64,000 nt of DNA from Bacteroidota bacterium (GTDB taxonomy: Bacteria; Bacteroidota; Ignavibacteria; UBA10030): NCBI GenBank assembly GCA_026416125.1, contig JAOAFT010000004.1, forward strand, positions 70,448-134,447, in the 5' to 3' direction. The notes beneath the pieces were generated by a model. That model worked only from the letters and a program-made list of their open reading frames with translations, did no database searches and had not been told where the DNA came from. Position 1 is the first letter of the stretch, and every line of letters starts with the position of its first letter. Shown here piece by piece: positions 9,466-19,353 of this stretch. Both the position numbers and the translations under genes were made by a program.

Positions 9466-10683
9466 CTACTCATATCGCAAAGCTTCAATTGGATTCAGGA
9501 GCGCTGCTTTTCGGGCTGGGTAAAATCCGAAGAAAACTCCAACAGCAATGGAAAAGCTGAATGAGAGAAGTATCGAGAAAGCAGTAATAAATGTAGGCCA
9601 CTGTGCAAAGTGTGATACGAGGGTTGATCCTATTATACCGAAGAGGATTCCAAGAATTCCACCAATAAGACTGAGTACGAGAGCCTCTATAAGAAATTGT
9701 GTGAGAATATCTCGACTTCGAGCGCCAATCGACATACGAATACCAATTTCACGGGTCCGTTCTGTTACAGAGACAAGCATAATATTCATAATACCAATAC
9801 CTCCAACGAGGAGTGATACCGAAGCAATACTCGCAAGAAGAATTGTAAGAATTTGTGTCGTTGCGGTCGCAGCTTCGGCAATATCGGCTTGATTGCGAAT
9901 TGTAAAGTCGTCTTGTTCGTACGGTTGAATCTTATGTCGCTGACGGAGAAGTTCTGTGATCTGTTGTTGGGCAAGAGGGATTGCCTCCGGCGAAATAGCT
10001 GATACAGTGATGTAGCGCAGGTAAGGGAAACGGGAGAGCCGTCGGAGTACAGTTGTGTATGGCGCTAGGATAATATCATCCTGATCTTGTCCCATTGCGT
10101 TTTGGCCTTTTGCACTGAGTACACCAAGAACTTTGAAAGGAACATTGCGAATACGAATTGTTTGTCCAACAGGTGATGCATCAGGAAAGAGATTGCTCGC
10201 TACAGTTTTCCCAAGAACACAAACCTTTGCAGCACCTTTCACATCAGCGTCTGTGAAGAACTCTCCATACTCAATAGGCCACTGCCGAATGTTGAGGTAT
10301 TCAGCGCTGCACCCTTCGATCCCCGTTGACCAATTTAAGTTCCCTGCAACAACTTGCCCACCTGCACGAGTACCTGGGGAAACGTACGCAACAGCGGAGC
10401 ATTCACTTTTAATTGCAAATGCATCGTCTTCCGTTAGTGTTGTTACAGTACCAGCCCCAAACCGAATACTTCCTTGCTGTTGAGAGCCAGGGAAAATGAT
10501 TAACACGTTTGTTCCAAGTGACGCAATTTGCTGCTTCACTGAGTACTGTGCTCCTTCTCCAATGGCGAGCATCATGATAACAGCGGCAACACCAATAATG
10601 ATACCCAACATTGTGAGAAACGACCGCATTTTGTTCCGTTGCAGTGCACGAAATGCTGAGAGTACGATATTCCATAGTTTCAT
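9466..10683 (-). CDS. macB: ABC transporter permease, MacB/FtsX family
   Basis: N-terminal helix, large periplasmic domain, then three C-terminal TM helices (FtsX-like). The start overlaps the upstream ATPase stop (ATGA). Confidence 0.85.
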   Translation of the reverse strand: MKLWNIVLSAFRALQRNKMRSFLTMLGIIIGVAAVIMMLAIGEGAQYSVKQQIASLGTNVLIIFPGSQQQGSIRFGAGTVTTLTEDDAFAIKSECSAVAYVSPGTRAGGQVVAGNLNWSTGIEGCSAEYLNIRQWPIEYGEFFTDADVKGAAKVCVLGKTVASNLFPDASPVGQTIRIRNVPFKVLGVLSAKGQNAMGQDQDDIILAPYTTVLRRLSRFPYLRYITVSAISPEAIPLAQQQITELLRQRHKIQPYEQDDFTIRNQADIAEAATATTQILTILLASIASVSLLVGGIGIMNIMLVSVTERTREIGIRMSIGARSRDILTQFLIEALVLSLIGGILGILFGIIGSTLVSHFAQWPTFITAFSILLSFSFSIAVGVFFGFYPARKAALLNPIEALRYE

Positions 10684-11459
10684 AGTTCATCCTCCTCATC
10701 AATGTTGGGGAGTTCTCTGAGTACCTCAGCAGCGCGTCGACGACTTTGTGTCGGTCGATCAGAACGTACTTTTCCATCACGGAAAATGATTTGCCGTTTT
10801 GCATACTGTGCGATGTCAGGTTCATGTGTCACAAGAACGATAGTAATACCTTGATCGTTGAGTTGTTGAAAGATGTCCATAATTTCTACACTTGTGCGAC
10901 TGTCGAGATTTCCTGTCGGTTCATCTGCAAGAACGATGCTTGGGTTGTTCACAAGTGCACGTGCAATGGCGACGCGCTGTTGTTGCCCTCCAGAAAGTTG
11001 GTTGGGGTAGTGGTACAAACGATCACCTAATCCCACGCGCTGTAAAGCCTCGATAGCTCGTTGTCGACGGTCTTTCGAAGGAAGTGAGCTGTAGAGGAGA
11101 GGGAGTTCTACATTTTCCAATGCTGTTGTTCGGGAAAGAAGATTAAATCCCTGGAATACAAATCCAATTTTTCTATTCCGAATTACAGCTAGTTCGTCAC
11201 GGGATAACGTATTTACGTCAATACCATCAAGAAGATAACTACCACGCGTGGGCTTGTCCAAACATCCAAGGATGTTCATGAAGGTCGATTTTCCTGAGCC
11301 AGAAGCTCCCATAATGGCAACGAATTCGCCCCGATCGATCTGGAGTGTAACACCTCGAAGAGCATGTACATCAACCTCTCCGAGTGTATAGATTTTAACA
11401 AGGTGGTCAACAACAATAAAATGTCCGTTCCTCTGCATAGTGATTGTAGTGCCGATCAT
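10680..11459 (-). CDS. ABC transporter ATP-binding protein (MacB-type ATPase)
   Basis: Walker [10 protein letters not shown], signature [15 protein letters not shown], Walker [14 protein letters not shown]-loop VTHEP. Confidence 0.9.
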   Translation of the reverse strand: MIGTTITMQRNGHFIVVDHLVKIYTLGEVDVHALRGVTLQIDRGEFVAIMGASGSGKSTFMNILGCLDKPTRGSYLLDGIDVNTLSRDELAVIRNRKIGFVFQGFNLLSRTTALENVELPLLYSSLPSKDRRQRAIEALQRVGLGDRLYHYPNQLSGGQQQRVAIARALVNNPSIVLADEPTGNLDSRTSVEIMDIFQQLNDQGITIVLVTHEPDIAQYAKRQIIFRDGKVRSDRPTQSRRRAAEVLRELPNIDEEDEL

Positions 11460-12859
11460 CGAGGTGGCCCTCCCATTGGGGTGGTACTTCGTGTAAGTGG
11501 ACTCGTTTGTGTTGGTGTATTGTTCGAGAGAAGTCCGGTTACAATTTTTTGTCCTTCATTCAGGGGACCAATACGAATCTCTGTGTACTTCCCATCGTTT
11601 AACCCTGTACGCAAGTGGACAGGTACAAGTTTCCCCTTCTCATTTGCAATCCATACGCGACCGAAACCAGCGGTTTTCGATGCGTCGTACGCACTTTTCT
11701 GGTATTCAGGAAAGGTTGGGATAATACCATACGTCCGTCGTGTTGGTGGGAGGAGCGCTTGTTGTCCTACGGGCTGAGCAGTCGAAAATTGTTCCTGCGA
11801 AGTAACAGAAGGATGGAATCGTGTTCCACCAGTACGTGCAACACGGTCTTTCTTCTCATGTGAATGTTGTGATGGTTGCTGCTGTGATTCAGTTCGCGTT
11901 GTATCAACGAGTTCTGACGGTGGCTGAAATCGAAGAGCCATGTTCGGTACTCGGAGTACGTTGAATGCCTCACCTACAAGAATTTTAACGTTTGCTGTCA
12001 TTCCTGGCATTAACTTCAAGTGAGTATTATCAACATCGATAATGACTACATAGTTGACAACATTTTGAATGGTTGTTGGTGCTAATCGAATTTGTGAAAC
12101 AACGCCTTCAAATTTCTCTTCGGGATACGCGTCGACTGTAAAAGTTACGTGCTGCCCAGTTGAAACACGACCGATATCAGATTCATCGACGGTAGCTTCA
12201 ACCTGCATTTTTCGCAGATCGTTTGCAATCGTATAAAGAGTAGGAGATGAAAAGCTTGCAGCAACAGTTTGACCAACATTTACTTTTCTATCAATAACCA
12301 CTCCATCAATTGGAGCATAAATTTTTGCGTATGAAAGGTTTACTTTTGCTCGCTCGAGAGATGCTTCGGCAGACTTTACTAATGCTGCTGATGTTTCGAG
12401 AGCTGTGAGTGCTGCATCGTACGTCGCTTGCGATTCAAGGTTTCGTTCGTAGAGCGATTTCACACGCTCAAATGCTCGTTTGCTGTCTGCATACTGGGCG
12501 CGTGCTTTCTCAAGGTTTGCTTCTGCATCTCGTACTGCTTGTACAAGAAAAGTTGTATCTATTTGTGCTATGAGTTGACCTTTCTTAACAACGGAGTTGT
12601 AATCAGCATACAGCTTCGCAATGATGCCAGAAACCTGGGTCCCTACTTCAACGGTTGTTACTGGATTTATTGTCCCTGTTGCAGTGACGTAAACTTGAAT
12701 GTCGCCTCGAGAAACTGTGTCGAATCGATACTGAACTTGAGACTCCGATGTTCCTTTCACAATGAGAATCGCAATAACGGTGAACGAAAGTACAATACTA
12801 GGGACCCATACTTTCCAAGTTCTTGCAAGAAATTCTTTCATAGTGCCCTCATTTAACAT
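11456..12859 (-). CDS. macA: efflux transporter periplasmic adaptor subunit (HlyD/MacA family) with a low-complexity insertion
   Basis: N-terminal TM anchor, coiled-coil hairpin ([20 protein letters not shown]...), lipoyl and beta-barrel segments, and a C-terminal MP-like block ([40 protein letters not shown]). A roughly 70-aa S/Q/P/T-rich insertion precedes the MP block. Confidence 0.8.
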   Translation of the reverse strand: MLNEGTMKEFLARTWKVWVPSIVLSFTVIAILIVKGTSESQVQYRFDTVSRGDIQVYVTATGTINPVTTVEVGTQVSGIIAKLYADYNSVVKKGQLIAQIDTTFLVQAVRDAEANLEKARAQYADSKRAFERVKSLYERNLESQATYDAALTALETSAALVKSAEASLERAKVNLSYAKIYAPIDGVVIDRKVNVGQTVAASFSSPTLYTIANDLRKMQVEATVDESDIGRVSTGQHVTFTVDAYPEEKFEGVVSQIRLAPTTIQNVVNYVVIIDVDNTHLKLMPGMTANVKILVGEAFNVLRVPNMALRFQPPSELVDTTRTESQQQPSQHSHEKKDRVARTGGTRFHPSVTSQEQFSTAQPVGQQALLPPTRRTYGIIPTFPEYQKSAYDASKTAGFGRVWIANEKGKLVPVHLRTGLNDGKYTEIRIGPLNEGQKIVTGLLSNNTPTQTSPLTRSTTPMGGPPR

Positions 12860-12984
12860 GTAGTATGTAAGTATTTTTTGAACGTCTATTAAATAAAACG
12901 AGGAAAATGAAAAAGAGTTTCTCGAGTGTAGATTTGAAGGGAAGAATTTACACAGAGAGAGGTTGCTTTGAGAGTTTGCAGAAA

Positions 12985-13007
12985 GGGCTTCGTTAATGAC
13001 GAAGCCC
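12985..13007 (-). terminator. stem-loop (9-bp perfect stem GGGCTTCGT/ACGAAGCCC, 5-nt loop) just downstream of the ferritin gene on the minus strand
   Basis: Perfect inverted repeat located 11 nt after the ferritin stop. On the minus strand it is followed by a T-containing stretch (TTTCTGCAAACT). Confidence 0.45.
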
Positions 13008-13017
13008 CAGGAAAAAG

Positions 13018-13515
13018 TTATTCTTCTTCGGCTTTTCGTTTTCCTAATTGGTGATCGAGGTGTAGTAGCATCCCTTTTGAATCGCCGATCATTTCTAATT
13101 TTGCAATGATTTCAGAGGCGTTCTTTTCTTCTTCAACTTGTTCGTCGATAAACCATTGTAACATTACTTGAGCAGGATAGTCTTTTTCTTTCAATGATAG
13201 TTCGTAGAGTGAATTAATAAGTCCGGTCACTTTTTTCTCGTGTTGAAGTGCTTGTTGGAAACTATCGAGTGGTGATTTGAACTCCGTAGGAGGTTGAGCA
13301 ATAGATTTTAGTGTGACTTTATCACCCCGATCGAGAATAAAGTTGTAAATTTTTAGTGCATGTCCAACTTCTTCTTGTGCTTGTACTTTCATCCAGTGAG
13401 CGAAACCATTGAGGTTGTTCGCCTCGAAATATGCAGACATCGAAAGATAGAGATACGCTGCGTAAAATTCATGGTTTACTTGGTCATTCAAAGCTGTAAG
13501 CAAGGTCGTTGTCAT
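13018..13515 (-). CDS. ftn: non-heme ferritin
   Basis: 165 aa. Ferritin-like diiron residues fit EFYAAYLYLSMSAYF, QAQEEVGHALK and QQALQHEKKVT. Confidence 0.85.
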   Translation of the reverse strand: MTTTLLTALNDQVNHEFYAAYLYLSMSAYFEANNLNGFAHWMKVQAQEEVGHALKIYNFILDRGDKVTLKSIAQPPTEFKSPLDSFQQALQHEKKVTGLINSLYELSLKEKDYPAQVMLQWFIDEQVEEEKNASEIIAKLEMIGDSKGMLLHLDHQLGKRKAEEE

Positions 13516-13629
13516 ACGTAATCTCCTTTTGGTTGGTTAATAGTGTTGTTTCTTACCTTGAAAGATAAAGAATTTACACCTATTTTTAAATAGTGAAAAC
13601 TCTACAGTAGAAAGGATAGGTGAAACTCA

Positions 13630-13932
13630 ATGCCGACATATCAATACCGTTGTAGTCAGTGTAACTATGAATTTGAAGAATTTCAATCAATAAACGACGA
13701 ACCCCTCGTTAAGTGCCCTTCGTGTACAGAACCACAGTTGAAACGATTGCTTTCTGGTGGTACAGGGCTCATTTTTAAAGGGAGTGGGTTCTACCTTACA
13801 GACTATAAAAAATCGAACTCTTCACAACAACAAAACTCTTCCTCTTCCCAACCACAAGAGTCGACAAAACACTCGACGAAGACAGAAGTTTCGACTTCCA
13901 CAAGCTCTTCACTCGAGAAGAGTACCGTATAA
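13630..13932 (+). CDS. FmdB-family zinc-ribbon protein with an S/T/Q-rich tail
   Basis: MPTYQYRCSQCNYEFEEF...VKCPSCTEPQLKRL has the CxxC...CxxC pattern. The C-terminal ~45 aa are low complexity (SNSSQQQNSSSSQPQESTKHSTKTEVSTSTSSSLEKS). Confidence 0.75.
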   Translation: MPTYQYRCSQCNYEFEEFQSINDEPLVKCPSCTEPQLKRLLSGGTGLIFKGSGFYLTDYKKSNSSQQQNSSSSQPQESTKHSTKTEVSTSTSSSLEKSTV

Positions 13933-13950
13933 TAGTGCATGGCGTTCTGA

Positions 13951-13987
13951 AAAAGCCCTGTACACACCAGAGTACAGGGCTTTTTTA
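13951..13987 (+). terminator. rho-independent terminator (stem AAAAGCCCTGTAC / GTACAGGGCTTTT, 8-nt loop, T-run)
   Basis: Perfect 13-bp inverted repeat followed by TTTTTTA, 19 nt after the FmdB-family gene stop. Confidence 0.7.
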
Positions 13988-14016
13988 TTCACACCGTGTG
14001 AATTAGTGAGGTACAT

Positions 14017-14769
14017 TTGAAATGTTTGGAACGATTCCTATATTACATCAAACGCGAGGGCTTGGTTGTGCAAATAGCTATTCTCTCCGATATTCATTCG
14101 AATCTCGAAGCACTAGAAGCGGTACTCCGATCACTAAAGCGCTACAAACCGGACACTATTGTGTGTTTAGGTGATGTTGTTGGATATGGTGCAAATCCGA
14201 ATGAGTGTGTTGATCTTATACGGCAACACTGTCACCTTGTTCTCCAAGGAAATCATGATGCAGCTCTTCTCGATCAGCAATTAAAGTATTACTTCACTGA
14301 GCATGCGAGAATTGCCATCGAATGGACATTAGAACAGATTAGTACACCACGCTTGGATTATCTTCGATCGTTGCAATTGACAGCTCGCATGGAAAATCTA
14401 CTGTTTGTGCATTCTGCTCCAACAGATCCAAAACGGTGGGAATACATTGTTGATGAATATGATGCTATAAAGCACTTTTCGTCCTTTCAAGAACGACTTT
14501 GTTTCGTTGGACACTCACACATACCAGGAATATATTCGGAAGAAGGTCGAAAGCCTCTTATCGATGCTCAAAGACGATTCATAATTAATGTAGGAAGTGT
14601 AGGGCAGCCACGAGATGGTGATTCACGCGCATGCTACGCACTCTTCAATACAAAAACCACAATGTATGAGTGCATAAGAGTTGAGTACAAAGTAGAACTT
14701 ACAGTAAAAAAAATTCTGGATGCAGGGTTACCATCTCACCTTGGGTATCGGTTGTACAATGGGGTATAG
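14017..14769 (+). CDS. metallophosphoesterase (calcineurin-like, YfcE/MJ0936-type)
   Basis: IAILSDIHSN...CLGDVVGYG...LQGNHD...GHSH metal-ligand motifs. Confidence 0.8.
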   Translation: MKCLERFLYYIKREGLVVQIAILSDIHSNLEALEAVLRSLKRYKPDTIVCLGDVVGYGANPNECVDLIRQHCHLVLQGNHDAALLDQQLKYYFTEHARIAIEWTLEQISTPRLDYLRSLQLTARMENLLFVHSAPTDPKRWEYIVDEYDAIKHFSSFQERLCFVGHSHIPGIYSEEGRKPLIDAQRRFIINVGSVGQPRDGDSRACYALFNTKTTMYECIRVEYKVELTVKKILDAGLPSHLGYRLYNGV

Positions 14770-14869
14770 TAAAAAATTGAGATGCCCAAAAACTTGATAA
14801 ATTCTCGAGACTGTTTTAAATTACCAGTAAACATCCTAGGAATAGAAAAGGGGTATTTACTGCTATGAG

Positions 14870-15298
14870 GTGGAGGTAAAGCGAGGAGTGATAATGGATA
14901 TTTCGCCAGAAAGTGTTAGCAAAACATCAGGGAAAGTAGTCCTCTACCTTGCGGGGCTTATTTTAGCTGGAATTGATGGTGACTTGAATAAAGAGGAATT
15001 AGATAAACTTACCTCAATTCTCCAACCTGAAGATTGGATGATCAGTGATGCGATGGAAATATACAGTTGGCTTCCAACAAGTGAAAGCATTAAAGTTGTT
15101 GCAAATTCGTTAACGGAGGAACAGAAGAAAATTGCTTTCAAATTTTTGTGTAAGTATTCCCACGTTGACAATGATTTCCACCAATCCGAACAACTCCTCT
15201 TGAACCGTTTTGCAGAAGTTTTTGGATTTGATGAGGCGACCAAGCAGAAACTAGTGAAAGAAAAATTCAGTCCTGAAGAGTTAAAGATTTTTAAGTAA
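14870..15298 (+). CDS. TerB-like (tellurite-resistance TerB / DjlA N-domain-like) small protein
   Basis: LAGLILAGIDGDLNKEELDKL and a second helix pair FKFLCKYSHVDNDFHQSEQLLLNRFAEVFGF fit the TerB two-repeat pattern. Confidence 0.5.
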   Translation: MEVKRGVIMDISPESVSKTSGKVVLYLAGLILAGIDGDLNKEELDKLTSILQPEDWMISDAMEIYSWLPTSESIKVVANSLTEEQKKIAFKFLCKYSHVDNDFHQSEQLLLNRFAEVFGFDEATKQKLVKEKFSPEELKIFK

Positions 15299-15305
15299 TT
15301 TCGCA

Positions 15306-15947
15306 TCAACTTTTTTTGTTGTCTTTATACCACGCGCAGTGCTGAAAGAGGGGGCAATTGTCGCAGTGAGGATTTTTTGGACGACAAACTTCCCTTCCGA
15401 GATATGAGAATGCCATTCCTGCGTCATGCCAGAGGTGTTGTGGCAGAACACTCATCAGAGCTTTCTCTATTTTTTCTGGTTTTGTTTCTGATGTAATACC
15501 TAATCGTGGTACAACACGAGCGACATGAAGATCAATGAAGATGCCTTGTGGAGGTGCGCCAAGTTCCCTAAGAATAACGTTAGCAGTTTTTCGGCCAATA
15601 CCTGGGAGACTCGTAAGCTCTTCAATGGAACGAGGGTACTCCTGTTTATTAGCTAATGACTTTGCAATTGCAATAATCCATTCAGCTTTTTTCCGATATC
15701 CTCTGACTGATTGGATGAATGGATACAATTCCGATGGTGTTGCCTGTGCAAGTGATTTAAATGATGGGTATTTCTCAAATAAAGTTGGAGCGATTGAGTT
15801 GATCAGAGCATCAGTAGTTTGTGCTGAGAGGACTATCATAATTGTTAGTTCGTACACATTCCGGTATGCTAAAGGATGTTTGCGGGATCCGTAAATTTTG
15901 AGTAATGGTTGTAAAATTGTTTCCCATCTTTTGGTAGTTGCGTTCAT
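15306..15947 (-). CDS. nth: endonuclease III (DNA glycosylase/AP lyase)
   Basis: HhH-GPD motif LTSLPGIGRKTANVIL, catalytic K/D context, and a C-terminal 4Fe-4S cluster CRPKNPHCDNCPLFQHC. The start chosen at 15947 forms an ATGA overlap with the upstream Lon-like stop. Confidence 0.88.
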   Translation of the reverse strand: MNATTKRWETILQPLLKIYGSRKHPLAYRNVYELTIMIVLSAQTTDALINSIAPTLFEKYPSFKSLAQATPSELYPFIQSVRGYRKKAEWIIAIAKSLANKQEYPRSIEELTSLPGIGRKTANVILRELGAPPQGIFIDLHVARVVPRLGITSETKPEKIEKALMSVLPQHLWHDAGMAFSYLGREVCRPKNPHCDNCPLFQHCAWYKDNKKS

Positions 15948-18409
15948 ACAGAACGTTTCCCTTCGTACTCTTTCCAAGCGTCAGCATATGACTGTAGCTT
16001 TTTATCGACTAAAGAATACACTGTCCCTGTCTCAAATGTACCATTTCGTAGGCGTTTTCCAGCTTTCACGCCTGTAAGGATTTCAATTCCTTCGTCGATA
16101 GAACGCACTGCGTAAATGTGGAAAATTCCTTTCTTTACAGCTTCATAGATTTCTTCTTTGAGCATAAGGTCACCAACGTTTTGAACTGGGATGATAACCC
16201 CTTGTGTACCAGTAAGACCTTGAATTTTACAGACATCGAAAAAGCCCTCAATTTTTTCGTTCACACCACCAATAGGTTGTATTTCTCCTTGTTGATTTAC
16301 TGATCCTGTTACGGCTATATCCTGGCGGAGTGGGAGTTCTGCTAAGCTTGAGAGAAGTGCGTAGAGTTCAGCAGACGATGCACTATCTCCATCTACACCA
16401 CCGTAGGATTGCTCGAAAGTAAGACTCGCGTCCATAACAAGAGGTTTGTTTTGTGCAAAAAGACTCCTGAAGTATCCAGAAAGAATAGCAACACCTTTGT
16501 TATGGGTTGGTCCACTTAGTTGTGCTTCTCGTTCGATGTTGATAACGCCATTGTGTCCTAACGATGTTCGAGCTGTGATACGAGTTGGTTTTCCGAATGT
16601 GTACTCACCAGTGTTGGTGATAGAGAGTCCGTTGACTTGCCCAATCGAAAATCCTCGTGTGTCGATAAGAATGGTGCCATTCGCTATAAGTTCCTGTATT
16701 TTTTCTTCGACAAGCTTGATGCGGTAGATTCGTTCGTTCAGAGCCTTGTCAACGTGGTATGCACTGACAAGTGTAGTGTTATCTTTCTGTGCCCAGTAGT
16801 TTGCTTCTCTGATGACATCAGCAATAATGTTGAAGCGAGTAGAGAGTTTCTTTTGGTGTCCAGCGAGTCGAGCGCCGTACTCAATGATTTGGGCGAGTGC
16901 AGAAGCATCGAAAGGTAAGAGGTGTTCATCATCGCAGAGCATTTTTACAAACCGGAGGTACTGTCGTATAGTGTGTTTTGTTCGGGGCATTTCGAAGTCG
17001 AAGTCTGCTCGTACCTTGAAAATTTTTTTGAAATCCTCGTCACGGTAGTAAAGGAGATAGTAAAGGTATGCATCGCCGATCATGATTACTTTTACATTAA
17101 TATCAATTGGTTCAGGCTTTAGAGTGATTGTTGAAAATCCAATGAATGGTTCAAATGATTGGATGTCGACAGCTCCGGTACGGAGTGTACGCTTTAGCTC
17201 TTGCCACACGCCAGGTTCAAGTAGAACATCGAGAGAATTGAGAACGAGGTATCCACCGTCTGCTCGTAAGAGAGATCCAGCTTTTATCCGTGTGAAGTCA
17301 GTTCTCCATATACCACCTTTCTCATACTCACGTTCAATTGTACCAAAGATATTCCGATATTTTGGATTCGTTTCGATGATGATTGGTACATGGTTCGTTT
17401 CTGAGTTATCGACGAGTACATTGACGTGGTACTCGATGAAGGAATCCTCTTTTACCTCTTCTTTTTGTTCCGATTCACTGACTTGTTGCTGTTGACCACG
17501 AAAACGCTCAAGGTTAATCTTGATGCTGTTGCGTACATCATCAAAGTAGGCTTGTACTTTCGGGTAAGGGTAAATGGCTTTCAACGATTCTATAGCATCG
17601 TCAACAACGGGCATAACAATGGTTTCATCGAGTTGAGCAATTGAGTGTTGGACTTTTTTCTCAATATTTCTGAGTTCTCTGAAAACAGCACCCATTTGCT
17701 TTTCAAGTTCTGTAAGGGCAGATCGGAGTGCATCGAGTTGTTCTTGAGAAAACTCACCTCTTTCCACCATTTGTTCGATCTGTTCAAGAGGTGTGGGGGT
17801 ACCGTTTACAACGGGGACAATATCCGGACGTAGGATATTTCCGACCTGTACTTGGACTAAATCGAACCCCTGCGATTTCACACGTCGTTCAAAATCTTGA
17901 AGGACACTTTTTTGTCGATCCTGAAAGTGTTGCACAATAGTTTTTCGTGCATGTTGGTACCGGCGACTCTCGTACACAGAAGGTATGGTTGCTCGAAGTT
18001 CTTTAATGAGGGATTGCATGTCGTGAGCGAGTTGTTTTCCTTTCCCTGCAGGAAGAGAGAGAGCGAGAGGTGTATCGGGACTTTTGAAGTTGTAGACATA
18101 GCAATGATCTCGGAGAGGCACATTTTGAGTTTCAAAATCTCGAAGTAACCGTTTAATTGTTGTCGTTCGTCCTGTTCCACTGAGACCCGTAACAAAAATG
18201 TTGTACCCAAAGTGATTCATCTCTAGTCCAACACGAAGAGCACGAAGAGCGCGTTCCTGTCCGATGATTTCGCGTGTTGGTTGTATATCATCTGTTGTGC
18301 GAATACCAAGTGATTGAGGATCACATTGCCACCGTAATTTTGACGGAGGAAGTGTTTTGTAAGATTTCGCTTTTTTCAAAGAATTGAGTGTTGTGGTTTT
18401 CATTGTCAA
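15944..18409 (-). CDS. Lon-like ATP-dependent protease (COG1067/LonB-type AAA+ with C-terminal S16 domain), 821 aa
   Basis: Walker A GLSGTGRTT near the N-terminus. A long helical/insert region follows. The C-terminal Lon proteolytic domain (GVDGDSASSAELYALLSSLAELPLRQDIAVTGSVNQQGEIQPIGGVNEKIEGFF) carries a Ser-Lys dyad context. Confidence 0.8.
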   Translation of the reverse strand: MTMKTTTLNSLKKAKSYKTLPPSKLRWQCDPQSLGIRTTDDIQPTREIIGQERALRALRVGLEMNHFGYNIFVTGLSGTGRTTTIKRLLRDFETQNVPLRDHCYVYNFKSPDTPLALSLPAGKGKQLAHDMQSLIKELRATIPSVYESRRYQHARKTIVQHFQDRQKSVLQDFERRVKSQGFDLVQVQVGNILRPDIVPVVNGTPTPLEQIEQMVERGEFSQEQLDALRSALTELEKQMGAVFRELRNIEKKVQHSIAQLDETIVMPVVDDAIESLKAIYPYPKVQAYFDDVRNSIKINLERFRGQQQQVSESEQKEEVKEDSFIEYHVNVLVDNSETNHVPIIIETNPKYRNIFGTIEREYEKGGIWRTDFTRIKAGSLLRADGGYLVLNSLDVLLEPGVWQELKRTLRTGAVDIQSFEPFIGFSTITLKPEPIDINVKVIMIGDAYLYYLLYYRDEDFKKIFKVRADFDFEMPRTKHTIRQYLRFVKMLCDDEHLLPFDASALAQIIEYGARLAGHQKKLSTRFNIIADVIREANYWAQKDNTTLVSAYHVDKALNERIYRIKLVEEKIQELIANGTILIDTRGFSIGQVNGLSITNTGEYTFGKPTRITARTSLGHNGVINIEREAQLSGPTHNKGVAILSGYFRSLFAQNKPLVMDASLTFEQSYGGVDGDSASSAELYALLSSLAELPLRQDIAVTGSVNQQGEIQPIGGVNEKIEGFFDVCKIQGLTGTQGVIIPVQNVGDLMLKEEIYEAVKKGIFHIYAVRSIDEGIEILTGVKAGKRLRNGTFETGTVYSLVDKKLQSYADAWKEYEGKRSV

Positions 18410-18437
18410 CGTTACCCTACTTATAGTTCAGGATAGA

Positions 18438-19127
18438 TCATTTAACAATGCGTTCGCGTAATACTTTCGCAACGAGTTGTTCTCGTGTATGGGTTCCTAG
18501 CTTTTTGAAAATGTTTTTTATGTGAGTACGCACGGTATGTTCACTGATGAAAAGTTGCTCTGCTATTTGTTGGGTTGAATTACCATTGACAACGTGCTGG
18601 ATAATTTCACGTTCACGCTCGGAAAGAGCATATGTAGCGAGAGAAGGTTGAGTAAGAGGAAGGATACTGAGAACCTTAGGAACGATGAGCGGATCGAGCG
18701 GCATACCACCTTTCATTGTAGCGTGAATACCTGACACAAGTTCTTCGAACGATGAAGATTTAAGAAGGTACCCCGATGCTCCTAGTTCAAGTGCTTCCTG
18801 AATGGCAGAGTCTTGAGAATTAACTGTTAGCATTACCACGCGTACTTCAGGTGCAACAAGCTTAATTTGGGCTAACGTTTCAATACCTGAAATACCGGGC
18901 ATGTTAATATCGAGGAGGATAATGTCAGGTTCCGTTGATTGTGATTCGAGATATTCTAAAAGCGATCGTCCTTCTGAGAATACTTTCGTGCAAGCTATGT
19001 CAGAATGTTTGGTGAAAAATTCGCTGAGAACAGTTGTAAATCGTGGATTATCGTCAACCAACCAAATTGTAATAGATCGATTCTCTGCAATATTCGCGTG
19101 GTTATTTTGCATGCGGTTTTTTTTCAT
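18438..19127 (-). CDS. two-component response regulator, NarL/FixJ (LuxR HTH) family
   Basis: REC domain (IWLVDDNP...LLDINMPGISG...VVMLTV) plus a C-terminal LuxR HTH (LSEREREIIQHVVNGNSTQQIAEQLFISEHTVRTHIKNIFKKLG). Confidence 0.85.
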   Translation of the reverse strand: MKKNRMQNNHANIAENRSITIWLVDDNPRFTTVLSEFFTKHSDIACTKVFSEGRSLLEYLESQSTEPDIILLDINMPGISGIETLAQIKLVAPEVRVVMLTVNSQDSAIQEALELGASGYLLKSSSFEELVSGIHATMKGGMPLDPLIVPKVLSILPLTQPSLATYALSEREREIIQHVVNGNSTQQIAEQLFISEHTVRTHIKNIFKKLGTHTREQLVAKVLRERIVK

Positions 19128-19353
19128 ACCCTCCTCTACTGAGATTGATTATTCTGTCCTAAGCCTAGTAATGTCACCGCAGCTATCGAACCACCCCCTC
19201 ACTACACAAAATAGTGTATTTGACATACTTAGGCAAGACAGTTAAAAAGAAATGTATGAGCTTTTTCTTATAGAAAAGTTGATTCTCCACAACAGTTTTT
19301 CTAAATTCAATCGTGTCAGCCCAGTTTCCAATATACATTTTACGAGGCGTTCT

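Noticed and set aside
15944-18409. Possibility that the Lon-like protease is BrxL of a BREX system
   Set aside because: No PglX/PglZ/BrxC-like genes are nearby. The flanking genes are nth and a response regulator, and the architecture fits a generic COG1067 Lon-like protease.
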